Shown here piece after piece: positions 12,319-21,047 of a stretch of 64,000 bases of DNA (within the stretch, counting starts at the first letter, position 1; each line of letters opens with the position of its first letter). The translations under genes and the position numbers were made by a program. Source of the DNA: an uncultured Gemmatimonadaceae bacterium (GTDB lineage: Bacteria > Gemmatimonadota > Gemmatimonadetes > Gemmatimonadales > Gemmatimonadaceae); NCBI GenBank assembly GCA_963829055.1, contig CAWHHI010000004.1, positions 448,001 to 512,000 on the forward strand. Direction: 5' to 3'. The notes beneath the pieces were generated by a model. It did not search any database and was not told the DNA's origin. It worked only from the letters and a program-made list of their open reading frames with translations.

Positions 12319-12926
12319 GCAACCGCTCCCCAGCCCTGTCGAGGGCTACCTGCCAACCGTTTGGTGAGGATGATCCGATCGTCTTCGGGCGCGTAGAACT
12401 CGCGAACGCGAGCTGCCTCGACGTAGCCGCGTCGGAGGTAGAATCCTCGCGTCGCGGTGTAATCGGATCGGGACGATGTTTCAACGACCAACATCCGAGC
12501 GTGCAGCGCTTCCAGTCTGCGTTCCACCTCTGAGAGCAACACGGTACCACACCCGGTTCCCTGCGCAGCGCGATCGACCGCGATCCAGTACAGGTCGAAC
12601 GTTCGATCAGTGCCCATAGAGGGGCCATAACAGGCAAACCCAACTAGCCGGGGACTGGGGACCGGGGACTGGGGACTCGGCTGGGACAGCGCATCGGCCC
12701 TAAGCGACAGATCCTCAGTCCCCAGTCCCCAGTCCCCAGTCCCGTGCTGTGCGGCAAAGGCGCCGCACAGCACGTAGTCCTCGCCGGCGAACGACTCGTC
12801 GAAGAGCTCGAGCGCCACGTCGACTTCTTCCTCGCGGAAGTTCTCCGTGCTGCGGAGGATCTCGGCGACACGCTCGCGATGACTCGCCGCGAGCGGACCA
12901 ACGATGATGCGACCGGCAGCGCTCAC
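12315..12926 (-). CDS. GNAT N-acetyltransferase carrying an in-frame repeat insertion
   Basis: GFACYGP, FDLYWIAVD...QGTGCGTVLL, VETSSRSDYTATRGFYLRRGY; GTGA and ATGA overlaps with neighbours. Confidence 0.88.
   Translation of the reverse strand: MSAAGRIIVGPLAASHRERVAEILRSTENFREEEVDVALELFDESFAGEDYVLCGAFAAQHGTGDWGLGTEDLSLRADALSQPSPQSPVPSPRLVGFACYGPSMGTDRTFDLYWIAVDRAAQGTGCGTVLLSEVERRLEALHARMLVVETSSRSDYTATRGFYLRRGYVEAARVREFYAPEDDRIILTKRLAGSPRQGWGAVA
12650..12743. repeat. (GGGGACT)n ... (AGTCCCC)n inverted heptamer element
   Basis: Four units per arm around a ~40 bp spacer; translated GTGDWGLGT...PSPQSPVPSP. Confidence 0.9.
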
Positions 12927-13945
12927 CCCACCGCCTCGACGCCTGAGAGTCGTTGCTTGCGAGCCCAACGGTCTTCGGACGCCACCCGCGGCTGCGTGAA
13001 CGCCTGCTCGCAGACGAGCCGCACGAGCGCCGGGTAGTCCATGCCGGCGATGCGCGCCATGCGTGCGAGACCCGCGGTCGGCGAGAAATCCGGATTCGCG
13101 TTCACCTCGAGAATCCACGGACGCATGGCTGCATCGATGCGCATGTCCACGCGGCCGTAGCCGGTGCCGCCGACCGCGCGCCACGCCGCGAGCGCGATGC
13201 GTCCGAGCTCAGCTATCAGCGCGTCAGGCAGATCCGCCGGACAACGCGGCACAGAGCCCATGTCCTCGTCGCTGCCCGTCTCCCACTTCGAGCGATACGA
13301 CACGATGCGCCAGTAGCGATCGGGCATCGCGGAGAAGTCGATCTCGGCGACGGGCAGCACCTGGTCGGCGACGATGCCGACGTTCACTTCGCGGCCAGAG
13401 ATGAAGCGCTGGACGATGACGTCATCCCATTCCTCGTGCATCTCGGCGACCCGTGCGTTGAGTGCGCGCACGGATCGCACGACGGAGCGCTGCTCGACGC
13501 CGAGCGATGCGTCTTCCGCGGCGGGTTTGCAGATCGCGGGGAAGCCAACGACCGGCAACGGTTCACCAACGCGGGCGACGCCCCATCGCGGCACGGGAAG
13601 CTTCGCGGCGTCGAGCAGCGTGTTCACGACGTTCTTGCGGAGGCACACCGACGTCGTGAGGCTGCCGCTGCCCGTATAGGGAATGCTGAGCAGCTCGAGC
13701 GTCGAGATGACCGCGGATTCGAGCGAGGCCACGCCGTCGATGCCTTCGCAGAGATTGAAGGCGAGGTCCGGCTTCGCGCGGCGCACGCGTTCGATCCAGC
13801 GTCCGTCGGGATTCACGGGAACGCGGATCGCTTCGTGTCCGTCACCCGCGAGTATGGCCTCGACTGCTTCAACTGTCTCGAGGATGGCGAGGTCAGGCGA
13901 CTTTCCAAGCGCCGAGATGCCATCGAAGAGCACGACAACTTTCAT
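12923..13945 (-). CDS. Ddl-like ATP-grasp ligase
   Basis: PDLAFNLCEG, IPYTGS, FPAICKPAAEDASLGV, FISGREVNVG, YRSKW, YGRVDMRID, ILEVNANP. Confidence 0.88.
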   Translation of the reverse strand: MKVVVLFDGISALGKSPDLAILETVEAVEAILAGDGHEAIRVPVNPDGRWIERVRRAKPDLAFNLCEGIDGVASLESAVISTLELLSIPYTGSGSLTTSVCLRKNVVNTLLDAAKLPVPRWGVARVGEPLPVVGFPAICKPAAEDASLGVEQRSVVRSVRALNARVAEMHEEWDDVIVQRFISGREVNVGIVADQVLPVAEIDFSAMPDRYWRIVSYRSKWETGSDEDMGSVPRCPADLPDALIAELGRIALAAWRAVGGTGYGRVDMRIDAAMRPWILEVNANPDFSPTAGLARMARIAGMDYPALVRLVCEQAFTQPRVASEDRWARKQRLSGVEAVG

Positions 13946-13992
13946 GTGGAGCTCCGTCCCAGAATTCCCAAGATTTCGTGTCGACGATCGAT

Positions 13993-15277
13993 TCACCGCC
14001 ACATCGCAGCGGTGGCGACGCCACTCGTTGCGATGCCCAGCTCGACGCCCTGCCGTTCCGCGGCGTGAAGCAAGCACGCCTGAATGAGCTCGTCGTAGCT
14101 CATACCGGCGGCACGCGCCGCTTTCGGAAAGCAGGAATTGTCCGCGGGGTTGGGGAGAATCCCGGGAAGGGGATTGACCTCGACCACGTTGGGCTTGCCC
14201 GCCGCATCCAGTCGGACGTCGATCCGCGACCAGTCACGACAGCCAAGCACGCGGTAGGCGCGGAGTACGACCTGTTCGATCGCACACCGCAACTCCTCAG
14301 TGATCCGCGCGGGACATTCGAAAATCTCGAGAGGCTTTTCGGGGCGATCCCAGATCCACTTCGCCTCGAAGCCGTAGACGGGAAGCGCGCCTTCGGGGAG
14401 CGCTTCGAAGTTCATGCCGACGATGGGCAGTACGCGTGCGTCATCGTCGTTGCCCAGCACTGCACAGGTGAACTCGGCGCCGGGGAGATACTCCTCGATG
14501 AGTACGGGTTGCTGGTAACGCTCGAGGAGAAACTCGACCTGCGCGTGGAGCTGTTCTGGTGTCTCGCAGTAATTCGCTTCCGTTATTCCCTTGGACGATC
14601 CTTCGTGGATCGGCTTAACAAAAACGGGGAATGGGGACTGGGGACTCGGGAATCGGGGACTGGATCTAGCCGCTCCGCGATGCGCGACCGGCGCGCAGCG
14701 TCGAGTCCCCAGTCCCCAGTCCCCAGTCCCCGCGAGTACGCACGACACTGAACGCCGCCGTCGGCACGCCGTGAAACGCGAGCACCTCTTTCGTTCTCGC
14801 CTTGTCGAGGCAGAGTGACAGCGTGAACGGATCGCTCGCCGAATACGGAATGCCGTAGAACTCGCAGATCGCGGGGATGTGTGCTTCGCGATTCACGCCG
14901 TTCAGTCCTTCGGCGATGTTGAAGACGATGTCGGGTCGTGCGTCGCGCAGGTTCTGCGGGAAGTCTTCGTTCGCTTCGAGGCGAATCACATCGCCGTAGG
15001 CGGCGAGGGCGGACGCGACGGCATCGATGGTGTCTGCGCTGTCCCACTCGGCGAACTCGTCATCGGCGGAGGTGGGGGGTGCGGGGGCGGCGAAGTCTCC
15101 CCCGACGGTGGCCGAGCGTGTGAGCTCGGACGACGCCGGTGCGGCGGAGTTCCGGGACGCGATGGCGTCCCGGCGACTACTGGGAGGCTCGTCGTCGCCG
15201 CGTGGCGTCTCGTCGTCGGGACGAGCGATCGCGGTCGACTCGGGCTTCTGGTTATAGGCGAATCCGATTCGCGGCAT
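13993..15277 (-). CDS. Ddl-like ATP-grasp ligase (frameshifted; internal repeat insertion)
   Basis: PDIVFNIAEG, IPYSASDPFTLSLCLDK, FPVFVKPIHEGSSKGI, EEYLPGAEFT, WSRIDVRLD, VEVNPLPG. Confidence 0.88.
14626..14731. repeat. GGGGACT/GGGAATC ... AGTCCCC inverted heptamer element within ligase gene
   Basis: ggggaatggggactggggactcgggaatcggggact ... agtccccagtccccagtccccagtcccc. Confidence 0.88.
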
Positions 15278-15494
15278 CCGGACTCCGAAGAGAGCGCAGC
15301 TCAGTCGAGCTTCGAGCGTGACACCGACATGGTCATTGGTCGGCGGTCGTATCTTCGCGGAGAAGGTCGTCTCTCGCGTCGGGTCGTGTGTGGATCGTCA
15401 CACTGGTCGGGCAAGAGCGATGCCACATCACGACGACGGCGAATGATAAGAACGGTGAATTTGTCGCGCAATGTCTTTTTGTCGATTTTCACGC

Positions 15495-15530
15495 TTGCAA
15501 TGATAGTAAGTGTGCTTATGATAAGTGCGC
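15495..15530 (+). promoter_or_regulatory. Sigma70-type promoter of marR with candidate operator
   Basis: TTGCAA (15495) -16 bp- TATGAT (15517) in AT-rich island; TAAG-tgtg-CTTA inverted repeat at 15507-15518. Confidence 0.55.
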
Positions 15531-15557
15531 AGCGTAATATTTTTTCGCTCCCCGCCA

Positions 15558-16010
15558 ATGCCGAAACGTCTCCCACCGCAATTCGCCGCGCCCGCCGCGA
15601 GCCCAGGCGTTCTCCTCTGGCAAGCCGTGAATCGCTGGCAGCGTGGGCAGCGTCGCGCGCTCCGCGATGCCGGGCTCTCGCATCTCCAGGTGATGCTCCT
15701 CGCGAGCGTGACATCGCTCACAGAGCAGGACGAGCCCGTGACACAGGTCATGCTCGCACGCCACGCGCGCACGGACGCCATGACGACGTCGCAGGTACTC
15801 CGTACACTCGAGCGCAAGAAGCTCGTGCGTCGCACCGATCACCCGTCCGACTCGCGCGCGTACGCGCTTCGCCCGACGGCGGCGGGTCGCCGCCTCGCTC
15901 GCCAGCTCATCCATCTCGTCGAGCGCGCCGATCAGGAATTCTTCGCGGCGCTCGGGGGAGACACCACGAGATTCACAGCAATGCTCCGCGAACTCGGGAC
16001 TGGGGACTAG
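15558..16010 (+). CDS. MarR-family transcriptional regulator
   Basis: SPGVLLWQ, GLSHLQVMLL, TQVMLA, MTTSQVLRTLERKKLVRR..HPSDSRAYALRPTAAG. Confidence 0.9.
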   Translation: MPKRLPPQFAAPAASPGVLLWQAVNRWQRGQRRALRDAGLSHLQVMLLASVTSLTEQDEPVTQVMLARHARTDAMTTSQVLRTLERKKLVRRTDHPSDSRAYALRPTAAGRRLARQLIHLVERADQEFFAALGGDTTRFTAMLRELGTGD

Positions 16011-16111
16011 GGACTGGGGACTGGGGGAAACGACGAACCCTCGGGATGTCACTCTCGCATTGAGAGGCATCCCGAGGGTTTTCCAGTCCCCAGTCCCTTG
16101 TCCCCAGTCCC
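15996..16111. repeat. Inverted heptamer element with internal hairpin between convergent marR and thyX
   Basis: GGGACTG units; aaccctcgggatg...catcccgagggtt; CAGTCCC units. Confidence 0.85.
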
Positions 16112-16118
16112 TAAGACA

Positions 16119-16869
16119 TCAGATCTTGTGGAAGCCCAGCCGCGCTGCCTCACGCCGATCCTCGGCCGTGTAGATCTCGAAGTCGGAGAACATCGCCGGC
16201 GCTTCCGCCTGCAGGAGACGCAGCGCCGTGATCGCGAAGCGGCGAATCTCCATCTCGGCGCCCTCGCTCGACCGTAGCTCGAGCATCGTACGCCATGCGC
16301 GAATGTTCGCCGTCGCGACGATCTTCGTCTCCGTCGCATTCGGCAGCACCGCACGCGCTGCCTCACGCGCCATCTTCCGGCGGTGGACCTTGTCGGCGAC
16401 CCACGCGTAGCGCTGCATCAACTCATCGACGAGCGACACGTAGCTTTTCTGCGCGCTCTCGACCTGCGTTCTCCACGCCGTCTCGAGGGATTCGTCGCCG
16501 ATGATCGCCGGCGGCATCACGAAGTCGGCAACCGACTCGTCGACGTAGCGCTGACTCAGTTGGCTGTACGCCCAGCCCGCGCGATGCCGCACCAACTCAT
16601 GCGTCAGCGAACGACTCACACCCTCGATCAGTACCGAGTAGTTGGCGTGCTCGAGTACGCTCCCGTGTCCCTGGCGCTTGATGTTCTCGAGGTACTCGCG
16701 CGTCGTGCGGTTCGCGGGATTGCGCTGGCTCATGTAGCAGAGACGGCCGGCGAACTCCGCGAGCCGCTCGCCATCGGTGCTCTCGCCAAGCCAGTTCACG
16801 GGAAGATGCGACGGCTCGGCGAAAGCGGGACGAGCGAGAAGCTGAGAGGCGAGGCTCTAGGTAGATCAA
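16119..16869 (-). CDS. thyX: FAD-dependent thymidylate synthase (start approximate, frameshifted)
   Basis: AGRLCYMS, GHGSVLEH, SRSLTHELVRHRAGWAYSQLSQRYV, REAARAVLPN, AEMEIR. Confidence 0.93.
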
Positions 16870-16873
16870 AGTC

Positions 16874-16902
16874 GGGAATCGGGAACGGGGAATCGGGAAT
16901 CG
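16874..16902. repeat. (GGGAATC)n heptamer run, single arm
   Basis: gggaatcgggaacggggaatcgggaatcg. Confidence 0.7.
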
Positions 16903-16927
16903 ATGACAGCGCTCGCGCCGCACAAAG

Positions 16928-18568
16928 CTATTCGGTCTGTTCCTCGCGCTCCAGCATCGCGAGGCGAAACTCCGCGTACGCGCGATCGCGCTCGACGCGC
17001 GCGAGCACGCGCGCCGACGGCGCGGGCAGAGGCGCGAGCGCGGGATCGTATTTGATGTCGCCGAGTGGCTGCTGGCCGGGCAGGGGAACCTTCACGCCAG
17101 GGTTGAGAAGCGTCATCGGATCGAATGCGTGCTTCACCCTGCGCGCGAGCTCGAGCACTTCGGGGCTCGTGGTACGGGCGAGCAGCGGTGCGCGTAAGGC
17201 ACCGTCACCGTGCTCCCCCGAGAGCGAGCCGCCGAGTCGCGCCGTGAGATCGACGACGTCGCTCAGCACGCCGGCGACGCGATCGCGCCAACCGTCACGC
17301 CGCACGTCCACGAGCGGATTCACATGCACGTGCGCGTCACCCGCGTGTCCGAAGATCACGCCGGGCACATCATGCGCGGCGAGGGCCGCGCGGACGCCAC
17401 GCACGTAGTCAGCAAGCCGCGCCGGTGGGACGACGCCATCCTCGATGAACTGCATCGACTTGAGCGACGGGTCGAGGCGCGAGAGGATCGGGCTCGCTGC
17501 ATGACGCAGCTCCCAGAGACGCTCTTCATCCGCGCGACCGAGTCCGAGTGTGACGTGCGTCGCACCGGTGTCTTCGAGCTTCGCCGCGAGACCACGAGCT
17601 GCCGCTTCTGCACTGGGAGCATCGTCGGCTTCGAGCTCGATGAGCAACACCGCCTCCGTTCCATCGGGAATGGGCAACGGCGCGCCTCTCGCCGCCACGT
17701 CGAGGAACGTTCGGTCGAGCAGCTCGCACGCGCTCGCATTCCCCTGCTGCGCTTCCGACGCTCCAGTGACGGCGACGTCGAGCGACGCGTAGCTCGCGAG
17801 CAGGCTCGCGGTCGCGCCAGGCAACGTGGTGAGCTCGAGCTCGATCTCGACGATGATCGCGAGCGTGCCCTCGCTGCCGACGAGCAGGTCGATCAGCTCT
17901 CCACTGTCGGCGTAGTCGGCGAGCGCGTAGCCCGACGAGTTTTTTCGGAGCGTCCGATTGTGCAGCGCCGCACCGGCCGATCGAATCGACGGGGCGACGT
18001 CGGCGAGAAACGAATCGACTACCGCCACGCGCGGCGGCGGAGCGCCGCGACGAATCGTCGCGCGCGAGCCGTCGGCGAAGACGCAGTCGAGCGCCGTCAC
18101 CCAGCGTCGCGTCGACCCATAGCGAAGCGTGCGAGCGCCCGCGGCGTTTGTCGACACCATCCCGCCTAGCGAGCAGAACGCGCCGCTCGACGGATCGACC
18201 GGGAAGCGAAGCCCGACAGTCTTTGCCCGGGCGTCCACGCGATTCCGGATCGCGCCCGGTCCCACGACAATCCGCCGCGCCTCGTCAGGCAGGCCGATCG
18301 CGTCGATCCTGCTCAGGTCGACGATCACGCCGGTGCCAATCGCTCCACTCGGCATGCTGCTGCCCGAGCCACGCGGCACGAGCGCCACTCCCGCCGAGCG
18401 TGCCCACGCGACCAGTCGCACGACATCGTCCGCATCCGCCGGTACGGCCACCGCGTGAGGCATGACGCGCGCGATACCTGCGGCCTCTGCATACACGGCG
18501 CGCGCGCGAACGTCGTCGCGGTAGGCGCCCCGGAATTCCGGGCCCGGTCCATTGCTGTTCGACGTCAT
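16928..18568 (-). CDS. FAD-linked oxidase/dehydrogenase (GlcD/D-lactate dehydrogenase family)
   Basis: VPRGSGSS, FPVDPSSGAFCSLGGMVSTNAAG, GSEGTLA, FGHAGDAHVH, SLSGEHGDG, FDP..LLNPG. Confidence 0.88.
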   Translation of the reverse strand: MTSNSNGPGPEFRGAYRDDVRARAVYAEAAGIARVMPHAVAVPADADDVVRLVAWARSAGVALVPRGSGSSMPSGAIGTGVIVDLSRIDAIGLPDEARRIVVGPGAIRNRVDARAKTVGLRFPVDPSSGAFCSLGGMVSTNAAGARTLRYGSTRRWVTALDCVFADGSRATIRRGAPPPRVAVVDSFLADVAPSIRSAGAALHNRTLRKNSSGYALADYADSGELIDLLVGSEGTLAIIVEIELELTTLPGATASLLASYASLDVAVTGASEAQQGNASACELLDRTFLDVAARGAPLPIPDGTEAVLLIELEADDAPSAEAAARGLAAKLEDTGATHVTLGLGRADEERLWELRHAASPILSRLDPSLKSMQFIEDGVVPPARLADYVRGVRAALAAHDVPGVIFGHAGDAHVHVNPLVDVRRDGWRDRVAGVLSDVVDLTARLGGSLSGEHGDGALRAPLLARTTSPEVLELARRVKHAFDPMTLLNPGVKVPLPGQQPLGDIKYDPALAPLPAPSARVLARVERDRAYAEFRLAMLEREEQTE

Positions 18569-18675
18569 CGACGATCGGTGCACATCATGCGGAGGATGTC
18601 CGGACACGCGGTCAGAGACAAGCGCTCTCGCTGCGGTCGTTGACACGACCGACCGCTGGTCGTCATCCATTCAGC

Positions 18676-19551
18676 ATGCCGAACACCGTAGACTCACCCG
18701 CGTCCGATTCGCCTGCGCCGCAAGCGCCGCCTTCGCCGGCAGCTTCGCCATCAGCCTCGGCGCGTGAGTTGGGCCTTCTCGTGAAGATCGAGACGGATCG
18801 CCGACTCGGACACGAATGGGATGAGTGGAATGGGCAGCCGCTGCCAAACGCGGGTGACTTCCGCACGACGACCGGGAAATATTTTCTCTTCACCTCGCTC
18901 GGAATAGGCGCGATCGTGATCACCGGCGCGGCCGCCATCTATCTACTGACGCCGCGTCTGGCGCAGCTCGCGACGTGGTTGCCGCGCGCGCTCTACGTCG
19001 GTGACGCCGTTCTCGCCGCGTTGGGCGCGCTCTGGTTGGCGCTGATCGGGCTCTCGTACGCGACCGACCGGGCATTGCTGCCGGGTCGATTCGCCGAGCG
19101 CGGTCTACTACTGAAGACGCTGCGACTGTCGTCGCGTGTGGGCGAAGTGTTCGGCGTGCAGCGCGACTGGACGGACAACGCGGCGCTCGCGGTCTACAAC
19201 CGTCTCGCCTGGGCGCGCGAGTGGCGCGTGCGCGCGAACGAGCTGCTCATTCTCATCCCGCGCTGCCTGTCGAGAACGGCGCTCGACGGCGTGATGGACA
19301 TCGCGAAGCGCTACGACGTCGCGACGTTCGTGGCGACGCGCGGCGCGTACGCGCGTCAGGCGATTCGCGAGCGTCGTCCGAAAGCGGTGGTCGCGGTTGC
19401 TTGCGAGCGCGACATGATCAGCGGCCTGCGCGACGTCGCGGGAAGACTCCCAGTCCTCGGCCTCACCATGCAGTTGCCCAACGGGCCCTGTAAGGACGCG
19501 TCGCTGGATCTGGTGAAGATGGAGCAGTTCGTGAGGAAGTACCTGCGCTGA
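18676..19551 (+). CDS. DUF116 family membrane protein
   Basis: Two TM helices; LLILIPRCL, FVATRG, RPKAVVAVACERD, PNGPCKD. Confidence 0.8.
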   Translation: MPNTVDSPASDSPAPQAPPSPAASPSASARELGLLVKIETDRRLGHEWDEWNGQPLPNAGDFRTTTGKYFLFTSLGIGAIVITGAAAIYLLTPRLAQLATWLPRALYVGDAVLAALGALWLALIGLSYATDRALLPGRFAERGLLLKTLRLSSRVGEVFGVQRDWTDNAALAVYNRLAWAREWRVRANELLILIPRCLSRTALDGVMDIAKRYDVATFVATRGAYARQAIRERRPKAVVAVACERDMISGLRDVAGRLPVLGLTMQLPNGPCKDASLDLVKMEQFVRKYLR

Positions 19552-19558
19552 GCCACCG

Positions 19559-19686
19559 TGTCATCCCGAGGAGCGCCAGCGACGAGGGACCTTCTGTGAT
19601 GTCATCGTAGCCGGCTGGCCACGAGTACTTCACACAAGATCCCTCGCTGCCGCTCGGGATGACACGTGCTGCCGCTCGGGATGACA
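19559..19686. repeat. TGTCATCCCGAG ... CTCGGGATGACA palindromic element (copy 1; right end duplicated)
   Basis: Arms tgtcatcccgaggagcgccagcgacgagggacc / gatccctcgctgccgctcgggatgaca between convergent genes. Confidence 0.9.
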
Positions 19687-19687
19687 T

Positions 19688-20521
19688 TTACTCCGCGTTC
19701 CCTCGCGCGACGACCACGGTCACGTTGTCGCTGCCGCCGCCCTCGAGTGCGGCGTCGATGAGCGACTGCGCGGCTGTCTCCGGATCGTTGGTGCCGAGTA
19801 GCTGCGCGATACGCTCATCGGGGACGTGCTTGGTGAGGCCGTCGCTGCAGAGCAGCAGCGTGTCGCCTTCCGTCAGATCGACGACGCCCACGCTCGGCAC
19901 GAGATCACCGCCAACGGCGCTCGAGAGCACGTTGTACAAGCCCGCCTTCTGCGCGTGCTGCTCCGTGACGGCGCCGATGTCGACGAGGTAGTCGCCCATC
20001 GTCTGATCGCGCGTGAACTGCTTGAGCGTCCCGTTGCGCAGGTAGTAGCCGCGACTATCGCCGACGTGCACGACGTAGGCACGCGGCCACACGACCGTGA
20101 CCATCGTGAGCGTCGTGGCGGGGCCACCCTGCGCCTGGAACATCGCCTTCAGCCGATCGTGCCCGCGCTCCACGGCGCGCGACAGATGATCGAGGAACGT
20201 CTGCTCGCGATCGACATCGAAGTCCTGCACGCAGCCGACGGCTTCGGCGAGATATTCGACGACCGACCGCACCGCGACGCCGCTCGCGAGCTTTCCACCG
20301 ATCGCGCCGCCGACGCCGTCGGCGACGACGAGGATGTTCACCTCCGGCCGGCGCAGTCGATCGAGGATCGTGGTGTCCTGCAGGTTCGTCGACCGAAGCT
20401 GAATCGATCGATGAAGAACCATGATCGCGAAGTGGTCCTCGTTCGCGGATCGCACCTTGCCGGCGTGCGAGAGCCCGACGGCATCGATGCGGACGGAGCG
20501 CGCGAGCGTTTCAGTTTCCAT
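19688..20521 (-). CDS. PP2C/PrpC-type Ser/Thr protein phosphatase
   Basis: SHAGKVRSANED, VVADGVGG, HVGDSRGY, LLLCSDGL, GGSDNVTVV. Confidence 0.92.
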   Translation of the reverse strand: METETLARSVRIDAVGLSHAGKVRSANEDHFAIMVLHRSIQLRSTNLQDTTILDRLRRPEVNILVVADGVGGAIGGKLASGVAVRSVVEYLAEAVGCVQDFDVDREQTFLDHLSRAVERGHDRLKAMFQAQGGPATTLTMVTVVWPRAYVVHVGDSRGYYLRNGTLKQFTRDQTMGDYLVDIGAVTEQHAQKAGLYNVLSSAVGGDLVPSVGVVDLTEGDTLLLCSDGLTKHVPDERIAQLLGTNDPETAAQSLIDAALEGGGSDNVTVVVARGNAE

Positions 20522-21047
20522 GACGCACCTGAGCCTGCGCGGCTGGCGCCGCGTCCTTCATTGTCGCGACGCCGATCCAGCGGAACGCGTCTTCGACACC
20601 TTCGCCCGTCTTCGCGCTCGTGGTCAGCGTGTGGAAGCCAGCCGCGATGAGCTTCGCGGTGTCAGCCGCCGTGAGCGTCCACTGATCCGTGAGGTCCACC
20701 TTGTTCAGCGCGACGATGGATGGAATATCACCGGCAGCCGAGCGCGTGAGCTCGCGGAGGTCGAACAGCTGGTCGAACGTTTCGCGGCGCGTGCCATCGG
20801 CCACGAACAGCACGGCGTGTGCGCCGCGCAGATAGCTCGCGGGAATCTCCTGCTCCGCGGTGCGACCCTCGACGTCCCAGAGCAGCAGGTTCACGTCAGT
20901 CTCACCGACGCGCACCTGCTTGCGATCGATCTTCACGCCGACGGTGCTGTGATACTTCGATGAGAAGAGCGAATGCACGTAGCGCTGCACGAGGCTCGTC
21001 TTGCCGGTTCCGAACACGCCCACCATGCACACTTTTTTCTGGATCAT
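20511..21047 (-). CDS. Rab/Ras-like small GTPase
   Basis: G1 GVFGTGKT, G2 STVG, G3 WDVEG, G4 NKVD, G5 SAK. Confidence 0.92.
   Translation of the reverse strand: MIQKKVCMVGVFGTGKTSLVQRYVHSLFSSKYHSTVGVKIDRKQVRVGETDVNLLLWDVEGRTAEQEIPASYLRGAHAVLFVADGTRRETFDQLFDLRELTRSAAGDIPSIVALNKVDLTDQWTLTAADTAKLIAAGFHTLTTSAKTGEGVEDAFRWIGVATMKDAAPAAQAQVRHGN

Noticed and set aside
12923..15277. Canonical ddl or van resistance ligases
   Set aside because: Ddl N-terminal motif absent; no mur/fts or vanHX context.
15521..15545. dif-like site (AGTGCGCA...TAATAT)
   Set aside because: Poor match to XerC/XerD arms; better explained as the marR promoter region.
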